From Hemiscyllium ocellatum (lineage: Eukaryota): 64,000 bases of DNA. A program made the translations under genes and the position numbers. The stretch covers positions 15,760,780 through 15,824,779 of the forward strand of contig NC_083440.1 in assembly GCF_020745735.1 (NCBI RefSeq). Direction: 5' to 3'. A model generated the notes under the pieces. The model was not told the origin of the DNA and made no database searches. It was given only the letters and a program-made list of their open reading frames with translations. Positions 1-12,261 of the stretch are shown one piece after another; position 1 is the stretch's first letter; each line of letters begins with the position of its first letter.

Positions 1-634
1 TATTTAAAGTAGCCACTCAAATCCGAGAGATCCGACACACACTCCAGAGAATATCGCAAGAACAAAGCAGGAAACTTGAGAGTGGGAAGAACAGACCCAA
101 TCCAGTTCAACGAGCTATAACATAGAATTTTAAACAAGTTTGTGGGCATAAGCATTTCAGAACTGGAAGGTTACTTTGCATATGAGAGAGAAAGATTAAT
201 CTTCTGAAATTGCATATTTATCTATCTTGTATTTCAAAGATAATGAGCTGTGCCTCAATATTAATGTCAACTTGAGGCCCACTAAGCAAGCAAGTCGATC
301 AGATCATATGGAAACCATGCTTACAGGGGATGTTGTCAATATCGACACGGAAATGGTCAACAATCTGATTAATCATTTCACCTCAGTATTTTCAAGAAGG
401 AAAAATCAACAAGTAAAGTTTCACACAAGTCCTTTCAGAAAGGAAATTGCCATATATATGAGCTATATATGACTTCAGACCCGCAGCAATGTTGTTGAAT
501 CTAAACTGCCCTCTGCAATGGGCATTAAATGCTGTTCAATACTGTGAAGCTCTCATCCCATTTATGGCCACAGGGGTCTTGCTGCTGTTATAGAAATCCT
601 TTTTTAGCAAATCACTTGCTGTACTGTGAGCAGA

Positions 635-1095
635 ACCAGGCACCACACTTGAGTAAGAATACATCGCCCTTGGAGGGAGTATAGTGTAGATTTCCAAGAA
701 TGGTGCCAGGAATGTAAGAAATTAGTTATGAGGTCGGACTGTACAAAATCATACCTTGTTTTTCTAGAAATTAGAAGACAGACCAGATAAAGATAAACTG
801 TTTCCACTGTTTGGGGATTCCAGAACGAAGGGGCATTGTCTGAGATTTCGGGCCAGGGTGTTCAAGAGAGATGGTCGGAAACACACCTAAACTGAAAGGC
901 TGGTCGGGGTTTGTTTATCTTTTATACAAATGACATGAATTTTGGATCAGTTGTTAATTTTAAATCTAAGATAGATTTTTCTTTTTCTTCAGCGTCGGTA
1001 TTAAGGGATAGGTCACAACCACAGGAACATGATGTTAATTTACAGATCAGCCATTGACAGCCGGCGGGCAGAATGGCCTTTTGTTATGTCCCTAT
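635..1095 (+). mobile_element. Degraded CR1 LINE 3' fragment
   Basis: CACCACAC...CCTTGGAGGGAGT...AGATTTCCAAGAATGGTGCCAGG pattern and ...GGGCAGAATGGCCT tail, similar to the 3' end of the intact CR1 at 27560-28040. Confidence 0.65.
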
Positions 1096-1984
1096 GACAT
1101 AACAAAATCAACATGACATAACTCCCAGAGCCTGTCCAAGGTGTTGACATCCTTCCTAAATTGTTGCGTTCAGAAGTGTGTAGTGGGCAGTTTTAACCCA
1201 TTACAAGCTATTCGCCTTTGAAGTGTTCAAATCCAAGTGTCTTTCCCCGAAATGTGGCTGAAACAGTTCATTTTAAAGGTTCAGCAACATTTCCCTTATC
1301 GAAGTATTCTGTAGTGACTTTGTTCGGCTTTTTACACGCCTGTCCATCTATCAAATCACTTTCCAAAACTAAAAGTACACCTTCAAGTCTTGATGCTCAC
1401 TCCAGGATTGGGCCACTTTACTTATATTATCACTCCTTATGAGCGATTGAAAGCTTTCTCACTTCCTACATTGTCTGCCATTTGCCTGCCTGTTTAACTA
1501 GTTAACCGTGTAAAATGCACCCAGAAATATCCCACTGAGAGTGAATCGCGGCAAAATTCAGAAAACTGCAAGCAGGCCTTATTTAAAATATTGTACAACA
1601 GGAGATAAAATAGCCAGAAATTTGAAAGTTTCACTGTCAGATTTGGTTTTTAATTCAATGGACAAAACATTGCTAAGTTTTCAATCATTGAGTATGCTGT
1701 TGGCATAGGCATACCCAGCAGCACTGGAATAGGACGAGGCACTCAACCCATTCTCCGGCCATTTCCACAAGAACAGAAAGCCATTTAGCTGCAATTTCTC
1801 TCCAGAGCTGCTGCTCGACTGCTGAGGTTTCCCAGTATTTTTTGTTTTTGTTTCTGATTTAAAGTATCCACTGTTATTTCCATTTGTATTCAGTTCCTTA
1901 TCGGGACTGTTACACAGGGAGAGGACGTTCACCAAGTGGAGGAATAGCATAATGGAATTTTCACTGGACTTTTCATGAAGGCTG

Positions 1985-2228
1985 TTCAAATGCCACTGGA
2001 GGAATTTGAATTCAACAGAAGTCTGGAAATAAAGCGTTTAACGATGATCACATAATCAGTTGATCTGCGTCATTCAGCGAGGACGACTGCTGCCCTTACC
2101 TGGCCAGAACTACGTGTGACTCCACACTTACAGAAATGTGGGTGACATTTACTTGCCCTCGTTGGAGGTAAGATGGGAAATAAACCCTGGTACTAACTTG
2201 TGACACCCTCTTCCCATGAATGAATTAA
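1985..2228 (+). mobile_element. Old SINE-like interspersed repeat (tail ...CCCATGAATGAAT)
   Basis: CCTTACCTGG...TGTGACTCCA...CCCATGAATGAAT. Related copies occur on the minus strand at about 17375-17615 and 23150-23490, with a fragment at about 470-560. Confidence 0.6.
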
Positions 2229-2699
2229 ACAAAGTCTGTATTTTAGACTGACACAGAGGACGTGAGGAGTTAATTTAGCTTACTTTGACATGTAAAAGAG
2301 GAGCAGCAGAAAGCCATGAACCCATTCTCATGTGCGGACCAGAATGGCGAAAGGGCATTTCGTCCGTCCAACTTGCTCTACATGAAAAAGCGAAGGCAGG
2401 AAGGAGAGGGAAAAGTGATAAGTGGGGTAGTATGAGATGCTATGACAAGTGGATTTGGAATGAGGGAGTAGTCGGTGAGGTGGAGTGAGGTGATCCTGCG
2501 AGGCAGTGCAACATGGAGGCAACAAATTATTGTAATGGACGGAGTGAGTGCCAAGGTTCAACATTGAGTAAAAGAAGGTTGCAGGTCTAAGGCAATTTTT
2601 TGGCAGGTCATCGAAGGGGTATACCAATTCTATCGCCCTCCCGCACCATCCGCCCACACAGACTGAAGCTGGAAATCAATTTGGTACCCGTAATCCGTT

Positions 2700-3330
2700 T
2701 CCTATTCCTCAGTATTTAATCATCGCCATTGCCCTGAATGTAATTCATTATTTTTCGCAGTCTTTGAAACATTTCCGATTGCGTTGTCTTTCAGAAGCTA
2801 TCTCTCTCTCTCCCCAATCTGTATTTAAGATGTTATCTGTCTTCTGTCATCTCGATACACTGCCCAGTATTTAATACTTTTCCCTTTGATTTGTATTTTG
2901 TCCTCCCCAATAACCTGATCTTTATTTATATTTGTTCCTCTCTATTCCACTGTATTGAACTACCTCTGTCGTTCTCCTTATTTAATCCTCTCAATATTGC
3001 TCTCCACGCTTGATATAATCCGCAGACATGACAATCTTTAACACTATCTCTGTATGCAACTTTCTCCTGATCGTTTTTGAATTAGACCTTTCATTACCAC
3101 TCTCCAATTATCCACTCCAGGTTATATTTATAACTAGCCTTTGCACTGTATTTGACGCCACCCCGCTGTTCTCTATTCAACCGACTCATCCTTATTCTCT
3201 ATTCAGGTTTTTCTCTATTCCTCCGTGTTAAATGCCTTCTCTGTTCCCTCAATTTAATGTTAATCATACACTTCTTTATTCAACATACTACATATTACTC
3301 TGCATTGTATTCTCTCAAGTTCTACAAAGG
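2700..3330. repeat. Degenerate pyrimidine-rich tandem repeat (roughly 20-25 bp unit, CTCTCC..TGTATTTAA-like); continues at 5760-6140
   Basis: Recurring CT-rich blocks separated by TATTTAA-like cores. The reverse-complement form occurs at 20640-20900, 21660-23130 and 59935-60310. Confidence 0.55.
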
Positions 3331-3450
3331 TGGCAATCCATCATCAAATCATTCTGCATTTACACTTGCATAATTTTTGATACTGACCCAGCGAGCACAA
3401 AGCTGATTCATCGAGTGAGCAGAACCCTTCACATTCCTGTTGATGTTTAT

Positions 3451-5754
3451 ATAAGACCTTAAGACCATAAGACATAGGAGTGGAAGTAAACCATTCGGCC
3501 CATCGAGTCCACTCCGCTATTCATTCATGGCTGATGGGCATTTCAACTCCACTTACCCGCATTCTCCCTGTAACTTTTAATTCCTCGTGACATTAAGAAT
3601 CTATCAATCTCTGCCTTGAAGACATTTAGCGTCCCGGCCTCCACTGCACTCTGCGGCAATGAATTCCACAGGCCCACCACTCTCTAGCTGAAGAAATGTC
3701 TCCGCATTTCTGTTCTGAATTGACCCTCTCTAATTCTAAGGCTGTGTCCACGGGTCCTAGTCTCCTCACCTAACGGAAACAATTTCCTAGAGTACACCCT
3801 TTCCAAGCTATGTATTATCTTGTAAGTTTCTATTAAGTCTCCCCTTAATCTTATAAACTCCACGGAATAAAATCCCAGAATCCTCAGCCGTTCCTCGTAT
3901 GTTAGGCCAAACATTCAAGGGATCATCCGTGTGAAACTCTGCTGGACACGCTCCAGTGCCAGTATGTCCTTCCTGAGGTGTGGGGACTTTAACTGGGCAC
4001 AGTACTCCAAGTGGTGCCTAACCAGAGATTTATAAAGTCTCAGTAGCACAACGGTGCTTTTATATTCCAACCCTCTTGAGATAAGTGACAACATTGAATT
4101 CGCTTTCTTAATCACGGACTCAACCTGCATGTTTAACTTTAGAGAATCCTCGACTAGCACTCCCAGATTCTTTTGTACTTTTGCTTTACGCATTTTCTCA
4201 CCGTTTATAAAGTAGTCTATGCTTTTATTTTTCTTTCCAATGTGCAGGATCTCGCATTTGCTCACGTTGAATTTCATCAGCCATTTCCTGGACCACCAAA
4301 CTGCCTAGATCCTTCTGCAGCCTCCCCACTTCCTCAGTACTACCTGCCTGTCCACCTAACTTCGTATCATCGGCAAACTTCGTTAGAATGTCCCCAGTCC
4401 CTTCATCCAGATCATTAATATGTAATGTGAACAGCTGGGGCCTCAACACTGAACCCTGTGGGACATCGCTTGTCACTGGCTGCCATTCTGAAAAAGAAAC
4501 TTTTATCCCAACACTCTGCCTTCTGTCAGACAGCCAGTCCTCAATCCATGCCAGTATGTCACCTCGAAAACCATGGGCCCTCATCTTGCTCAGCAGCCTC
4601 CCGTGTGGCCCCTGATAAAAGGCCTTTTGGAAGTCTAGATAGACCACATCCGCTGGGTTTCCCTGGTCTAACCTACTTGTCACCTCTTCAAAGAATTCTA
4701 ACAGGATTGTCAGGCACGACCTCCCCTTACTAAATCCATGTTGACTTGTTCTAATCAGACTCTGCTCTTACAAGAATTTAGAAACCTCATCCTTAAAGAT
4801 GGATTCTAGAATTTTACCAACAACCAAGGTTAAGCTAATTGGCCTATAATTTTCCATCTTTCGTCTTGATCCTTTCTTGAGCAAGGGGGTTACAACAGCG
4901 ATCTTCCAATCATCTGGGAATTTCCCTGACTCCAGTGAATTTTGAAAGATCTTAACCAATGCCTCCGCTATTTCCTCAGCCACCTCTCTCAGAACGCTAG
5001 GATGTATCCCATCGGGACCAGGAGATTTATCAATTTTAAGACCTCTTAGCTTTTCAAGCACTTTCTCTTTTGTAACGGCAACCATACTCAACTCATTACC
5101 ATGACTCCCTTTAATTGTTGGGATATTATTCATGTCTTCTACTGTGAAGACTGACGCAAAGTACTAGTTACGTTCTCCTGCTATTTCCTTATCTCCAATT
5201 ACTAGGCTTCCAGCATCAGTTTGAATTGGCCCAATGTCTACTTTTGCCTGTCGTTTGTTTCTTATGTATTGAAAGAAACTTTTACTATCATTTCTGATAT
5301 TACTGGTTAGCCTACCTTCATATTTGATCCCCTCCTTCCTTATTTCTCTCTTTGTTTTCCTCTGTTTGTTTTTGGAGCCTTCCCAATCTTCTGATTTCCC
5401 ATTGCTCTTGGTCACTTCATAAGATCTCTCTTTTTCTTTAATACATTTCCTGACTTCCTTTGTCAGCCATGGCTGTCGAATCCCTCCCCGGATAACCTTT
5501 GTTTTCTTGGGGATGAACCTCTGTACAGTGTCCTCTGTTATACCCACAAACTCCTGCCATTTTGCTCTACTGTCTTCCCCGCTAGGCTTTTCGTCCAGTC
5601 TATTTTTGTCAGTTCCTCTCTCATGCCCTCATAATTACCCTTGTTTAACTGTAACACCATTACATCCGATTTTGCCTTCTCTCTTTCAAACTGCAGACTG
5701 AACTCTGCCATATTATGATCGCTGCTTCCTATGGGTTCCCTTACTTTAAGATCT
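3451..5754 (-). mobile_element. CR1 LINE, 5'-truncated ORF2 (RT), moderately decayed
   Basis: Minus-strand ORF pieces: KSPGPDGIHP, NYRPISLT, VVYLDFQKAF, VPQGSVL, KFADDTKLGG, RHHLEYCAQ, LRGDLIETYK. Short tandem 3' tail at 3451-3475. Confidence 0.95.
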
Positions 5755-6743
5755 TTCAGCCCTGACTCTTTGATTGTATCACGTTACCAACTCCAATCAG
5801 AGATCTCGCATCGAATGTGATTAATCTGGATGACCTCATTACAATACTTACAGCTTCCCCGGTATTAACTGTCTCCCTATACACTTGCCATCAAGTACCT
5901 TTCTCTGAGCTCTATACAGTTTTCTCCCTATTAGTTTCAACTAACCCCTCCCTTTTCTGTCTTAAATTATCCCATGTTCCTCTGTATTCTGCTTTCTCCC
6001 TGTTACTCTCGAATTAACCCTCTCCTCGTGTGCATTTAATGCTCTGCCCATCATTCTACATTGAATTCCCTGGCTATTGCAAACTTTAACCATCTCCCTA
6101 TCTAAATTTAATTATTTTACTTCCCCTCGTGCTCGACATTTACTGTCTGACTCTTGCAGAATGTGTGTTCCACCACACAATAACCAGAGACTGGACATCT
6201 CAGCTAAATCATTCCCAACAACCGCTAACACGGGACTTTCGCTGCTCTGTGCTGCCACCCATCTGGCCAGTGCTGAGGCTGCACATCTATCCCAAAGGGC
6301 TGGACAAGCTCAGCAGCAGCTGCACATGATCATAGACACCTTAGCTAAGGTTCTGGAGACAGGCATAAATTCAACATGAGCTAATACAGTGTTGATATAT
6401 AAGTAGGAAGAGCTCCAATATACAAAAAAACCCTGCTGACTCACAGGGCCAAAGGACAGATTTGTGAGGAATGCCCATTGCAGGTTCGGAAAGGACGTTC
6501 GGACCGATTGGACTTTTTCCTCACTGCAAGGATTTTACGATTTTACTTAAATGAATTTTCTAATGTTTCCTATTTGTATTATCCAATCAACCCCAGTCCT
6601 GAAAATACTTTGTCACATCGTAAGTAACTCACCGTTGTCACCTGTTCGTTCAATTTTTAAATGAATAAATAGAACGAAGTTGCAATGGGACATTCCCCCA
6701 CTTGATTCCATTCAGTATCAATGAAAACTTTGAGACGATTAGT

Positions 6744-7054
6744 GGGCGGCACGGTGGCACAGTGGTTAGCACTGCTGCCTCACAGCGCCTGTAGACCCGG
6801 GTTCAATTCCCGACTCAGGCGACTGACTGTGTGGAGTTTGCACGTTCTCCCCGTGTCTGCGTGGGTTTCCTCCGGGTGCTCCGGTTTCCTCCCACAGTCC
6901 AAAGATGTGCGGGTCAGGTGAATTGGCCATGCTAAATTGCCCGTAGTGTTAGGTAAGGGGTAAATGTAGTGGTATGGGTGGGTTGCGCTTCGGCGGGTCG
7001 GTGTGGACTTGTTGGGCCGAAGGGCCTGTTTCCACACTGTAAGTCTAATCTAAT
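6744..7054 (+). mobile_element. HE1-type V-SINE (tRNA-derived), young full-length copy
   Basis: Pol III A box TGGCACAGTGG and B box GGTTCAATTCC. V-domain TGTGTGGAGTTTGCACGTTCTCCCCGTG...CCTCCCACAGTCCAAAGA. CR1-like tail GGGCCGAAGGGCCTGTT and (TCTAA)n end. Confidence 0.95.
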
Positions 7055-7101
7055 ATCACATTGGCATTTCGTGCGGAGAGATTGCCTGCACGTCTAGATT
7101 C

Positions 7102-7177
7102 ATGCAAAAAGTGTATTCTTTATGATATCAGATGGAGAAAATGTTTCGCAAAACACTTCTGATTGCGACAATTCCTG
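7102..7177 (+). pseudogene. Degraded exon 1 of paralogous GPCR gene (unit A)
   Basis: Reads MQKVYSL*YQMEKMFRKTLLIATIP then G|GTGAGT. It aligns with QKMTFSFYHVWTIFYTILPFVAIP at 31943-32015 and has an in-frame TGA at 7123-7125. The downstream intron sequence is also similar to 32016-32100. Confidence 0.7.
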
Positions 7178-7464
7178 GTGAGTGCCTTGAAGAATTGAAA
7201 TTGTGTGAATCTGTCTGACGGTTATCTGTGGTTTCCCTCTGAAATTGACAACAATTCTTGGGTAGGTTGAGGCCACCGTCATGCAGTCGATCAGTAATTT
7301 CGTCTCAGACGACAGAGATCTTGTGGAATACCTATCATTGTACATTCCAAAAGAAATGCTTGGGAAGTGAAATTTTCCATTGCATAATTATTCACCTCTT
7401 CTGGGAATCTTTCAGTAATCTCCATTTCAATTGGACACTGCAGAAAGTTTTGATGGAATTAATG

Positions 7465-8307
7465 AATATACGCATGTTTATGCCATCAATCGGTCAAACC
7501 CATGTATAAGTCGACCCCTCAGTTTTGGCCAAAACATTTTGCATTTTCCATATATCTCGTGCACTATTATGGTGAATTATAGACCTCTCGCAAAGAGGTT
7601 CATACCTATAACTCAAATCATCACTCTTTGTTTACTGTATTTCAATTCTATTCTATTCATTCATTCATTCATTCATTCGCACTTGGTTTAGAAAACTAGT
7701 TTAGTTCATTCATTCATACCGTACTACGTCTCTCAGCCCTTATTGCACTTTGTTCACTATGTATTCAAAAGCTAATATCATTAAAATGATAATCATCTAA
7801 ATTTTCTATTATTTATTAATAAAAGTGAGATATATTTTCCACACTCCGGTATATATTTAATGCCTTGACAAATAGGTTAATGTTGTTGAGGTTCATAGCG
7901 TATAATACTAAATTGGAGAGAAACAGGAGAAATTGTCAGGAAATTTCAAGACACCTACACATTCAGTATTTAATGAATGTTTCATTTTCAGCGTGCCATT
8001 ATATCAGATCATGATGATGTTGAACAGTGTGCTTTTTGCAGGATTTCAACCCATCTTTGACATGTTAATTTTTTATATTGGTCCCTTGCTTTTTTCCAGT
8101 AATTAACTTGACCATAACACATTGCATATTTCTTCTTTACACGGATCTAGTTGTGACCAAATCGACTTTTGCGAAAAATGCACTGTTTGTAACAGCGGCA
8201 TGAATTTCAGCTGTTCAAAACTTGTGCCTGTGCGATTGTTCCATTCGCTAAATTGATCTCTCGAAAATAGCCTTAAAATTTAGACCTATACACGAGTATA
8301 CACGTTA
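7465..8307. mobile_element. Probable non-autonomous Tc1/mariner-pogo-type DNA transposon
   Basis: Degenerate terminal motifs (GTATAAGTCGACC near the left end; GACCTATACACGAGTATACACG near the right end). The roughly 840-bp block is absent from the paralogous intron at about 32285, where both flanks are contiguous. Confidence 0.55.
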
Positions 8308-11300
8308 GTCACTTCTGAAAAATATAACCTATGGTATTTTTATGTAGGAAGTGCAAACTCATGTTGAGCGGGTTCGTTGCTAGTTTTTCAGTGAAGAAGT
8401 TTGAAGTTTCGCTGTGCTTCTGATGCTAACTTGTAGATATTTCTAAAAGCATAGCAAGGTGTTTTAAAACTGCTTTTTAAGTCTCGCTATTGTCTGGATG
8501 GTTTATGCAAAAATGAACTCTTTTTCATTTTCAATAATTTGCAACCCGGCATGGTATTCACAGAGCGTTTAAATATTTGTTTCAGAGTTGTGAAAACTGA
8601 GGGTGACGAAAAATCCCTTAACTGATAAACTTCTCATTTTATTTTTGTCGTTTTGATTCGTTCATGTAAAACCTGGTACTGAGTGTATGTATAAACCTGT
8701 ACTGATGAGAAGGGAAGGATTTATTTTGATAATTATAAAAACTTGGCGTAAAACAAAATGTCTGATGCCAGACGAAAGTGTTTGGATAAATATAAAGCTC
8801 TAAAGGGAATAGATAAACCTGAGTACATTGACACGAAGCTGTGTGGTACCTCCTGGAAAACGTTTATTGCTGTTACAGTTTAGAAGTGGCAGTGACAAGT
8901 CTTCATCCAAATGTTACCTTTTTTGAATATTATTCCAGGTTTGTTTTCTTTTGAGTGGAACTGGGAATGGTGTAATATGTACAAGTCGTTTTATTTCATT
9001 TCCTTCATGCGTTGTTTTGACATTGATAGGATTAAGGATTCACTGCGTATTCATTGCCTTTGGATCTGTGTTTATAAGTACACAAGTTGAGTTAAATAAT
9101 TTTATCATCATTTCATTTATCATAAACTTCTGTAATGAAGTGTAAGCAATATTTGAGGTTTTGTGTTTCCGGCTCAGCAAGAGATCAATTTATTCAATCA
9201 AAAGAATATTGTTTATGATCCAGCAAGGTAGATTTATTTCTGGGTACTGGCTTATTTGTAATTAATCATCTGGTATCTGAACAGACGTGAGGCTGTGAAA
9301 CCAATAGTATCACACCTAAGGAACTGATAAACTAACACCACCCTTCATTCAGATTATGCCGAACTATACCCTTCTAGATCCAATATCTGCTGCAGACCCT
9401 AATCAGACATCCACACTTAGACATAATTCCGTATTACTTTTCATAAAGTTACTGCTCTTTCACTCTGCACCAGAGCCAATGCAACACAAATCCACTCGCC
9501 CCCTGCCAGTCTTGTAACAGTGGAACAACTTGAGACACTGGGCTGCCTCACAGCTGTGGTTTTGTGCACAGCGCTGTTCATCGCCCCATAGTGGGGATAG
9601 AATTGCTCTGAGAGGACAATAAAAGGTATTTACAATAATGTTGGCAGTGTATGGAAATTACTTCGTTACTGAGAAAAGATGGATAGGATCATTTTCGTTA
9701 GGAAAGAGCAGAACGAGAGTATCCAGATATTCAGAGTCTTGGATGAAGACGTCATCCAGAATCCAGGACACATTTAGCAGGAGACACAAAGTGAGAAACA
9801 AATGCATAGAAGGATTATCAGGGATATGAGGGCTAACCCTTTTATTCATGGCGCGTCTGGTATTCATTTCCCATTTTGGTTGGCGTGTGAGTTGGTGACG
9901 CATAACACATTTAAAGGGAACCATAATATTCAACTAAAATGAAGTAACTCTCAAACCTGTAGACCAGTTAAAGGAAAGTGGGATAAGAACAGAAGCTCTT
10001 ATATTCGGTTGTTTCAGTCTTTAGTATACACTTCCGTTTTTCAGAAACACTGAGGTGATTAGAGTGAATTCAATTGGTGATCTGAATGGTCTGTTCCTGT
10101 GCTGTACATTTCCAACCAAATCTAAAGAATCATTGGAACAATGTGAAGTGTTAAAGTGAATTCGAGAGGACAGTGACTACCTTCCGTTGTTTCCCGAAGA
10201 AATGCTTGCGGATTCAACATTTTTGCAATGCACAAAGTAATGTTGCATGCGGAGCAATAATTGAAGCGAAGGTTAGAGAGTAAACAATTGTAAAGTAGAT
10301 TACTAGGTTCATATTGCTTAACTTGTTCAGTTATTCTCATCGTAAAATGAAGTATTTTCTGTTAAAGAAGAGTTGTGAAGGCTTGTACTGTTAATGACAT
10401 GCTACGTATTCACATGATCAGATGAGGTATTAGATGTCCCTGACATGATCAGAGCACAACAGAGAGTCAGAGAAAACTAATGTTTAGTCGACCATAATGA
10501 GTTATTCTTTGATTGTAGCAGCCGTAGTCAATGATTGCAGTATTGAACAGTTTTGTTTTGAATTATGTGGTTTATTCATGAAATATCAACACGCACATTC
10601 CAAAACAATTTGAGTCAAACAGTGTACAGAATGCAATAAAAACATTATATTTCCCTGTTTAAATTTTGGATTCATTGCTGAACAGGTAAAATTAGAACAC
10701 TTGCGAAATATGACAATGAATTGTTGGCTTTCCAAATCAAATTAAAGAGAATCACTCAGTTAAGAGTTTCTCAGTTTATTATCACAGAGAGATCTTAGAT
10801 AGTGGCTTGAGATTTATTGATGAAACAAACCTTTCTCAGCTCTGTTAGCATTCTCCATCGAACAATTGTATCCTCTCAAATCTAACAACTCATGTTTTCA
10901 TGATGTAGTGACCAGGTGACAGTCGGTAATCCTAGAAAGAGGACGGAAAATCAATGTGGCTGCAACAGGTGCGTCTTTTCTGAGTATTCTTAGGTGTTAG
11001 AGCTGATTTCCTCCGAGAACAGTAATTATTGTTTTTTGTAAGCTGTTGCTCTGTTGTGGATATTCGGTGTGGGCATTTTGATCCAATGACTGGGAAGGAA
11101 CAGCAGAATATTTACAAATCCGGATGGTGAATGGCGTGGAGGGGAATTTCAGGTGGTGGCGTTCCCAAGTACCTGCTGTCCTTGTCCTTCTAGATGGAAA
11201 TGTTCACGGGTTTGAAAGGTGATATCTGAAAATCTTTGGTGAATGTTTGCAGTACTTCTTGTCGAGTGTACACACTGCTGTTACTGAGCGCCGGTGATGG

Positions 11301-11720
11301 GGATTGACTGTTTGTAGATGTGATTCCAATCAAGCAGGTTGCTTTGTCCTGGATGGTGTCAAGCTTCTTGCACCCATACAGGCAAATGGGGAATGTTCCA
11401 TCACATTCTTGACTTGTGGTTTCTAGATGGTGGATAGATTTTGGGATGTCAGGAATTGGGTTACTCACGGCAATATCCCCAGTCTCTGACCTGGTCTTGC
11501 AGCTACTGTGTTTATGTGGTGGGTCCAGTCGAGTTTCTGGTCAATGGTAACCCAAAGGTTCTTGACAGTGGGGGACTCAGTGATTGTAATTCCGTTGATT
11601 GTCAAGGGACTGTGTTTCGAGTGTCTCTTTCTGGTGATGGCCATTGTCTGGCATTTGTGCGGCCGAATTTTATTGGTCACTTGTTGGCCCAAACCTGAAT
11701 ATTGTCCAGAACATATTGCA

Positions 11721-12032
11721 GCTGCTGAAAATATGTTGCTGGAAAAGCGCAGCAGGTCAGGCAGCATCCAAAGAGCAGGAGAGTCGACATTTCTGGCATG
11801 AGCCCTTCTTCAGGAATGAGCCCTCCTGAAGTAGGGTTCTTGCCCGAAACGTCGACAGCTCATTCCGGAAGAAGGGCTCATGCCCGAAACGTCGACACTC
11901 ATTCCTGAAGAAGGGCTCATGCCCGAAACGTTGACTCTCCTGCTCCTTGGATGCTTCCTGACCTGCTGCGCTTTTCCAGTAACACATTTTCAGCTCTGAG
12001 CTCCAGCATCTGCAGTCCTCACTTTCTCCCAT
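11721..12032. mobile_element. Fold-back Penelope-terminal-repeat-derived element with 11-bp TSD
   Basis: Arms at about 11724-11820 and 11898-11996 are inverted copies. Flanked by the direct repeat AACATATTGCA (11710-11720 and 12033-12043). Confidence 0.85.
11826..11932 (+). ncRNA. Three tandem minimal hammerhead-ribozyme-like motifs (39-40 bp period), plus one antisense copy at about 11786-11813
   Basis: CTGAAGA-A-GGGC-TCAT-GCCC-GAAA-CGT(C/T) matches CUGANGA, stem II, GAAA, palindromic ACGT and an NUH site. Copy 3 (11905-11932) has an intact core; copies 1 and 2 each have one core substitution. Confidence 0.65.
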
Positions 12033-12261
12033 AACATATTGCAATTGAGCACGGACTGCATCAGTGTCTGACGAGTCCGGAATTATTCCGAACACTGTAC
12101 AGAACATCGGCAAACATCTCCACTTCTGACCTAATGACAGAAAGAAAATCATTAATGAAGCAGCTGAAGTTTTTTGGGCCTCGGACACTACCCTAACAAA
12201 CTCCTGCAGAGACCTCCTGGAGCTGAGGTGACTAACCCATCATAACCACAACTACCTTTCA

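Larger units (their letters stand above)
11070..12260 (-). mobile_element. CR1/L2-group LINE 3' fragment, interrupted by a fold-back element
   Basis: Minus-strand ORF remnants KCQTMAI...PLTINGITITESPTVKNLWVTIDQKLDWTHHINTVAARPGQRLGIL and KKLDTIQDKATCLIG. Confidence 0.8.

Noticed and set aside
6744-6815. tRNA gene
   Set aside because: The A/B boxes run directly into a V-SINE body and LINE-like tail, so this is a SINE head.
11826-11932. CRISPR-like array (palindromic direct repeats)
   Set aside because: The units are contiguous with no unique spacers, the context is vertebrate, and there are no cas genes. A hammerhead/Penelope repeat explains it better.
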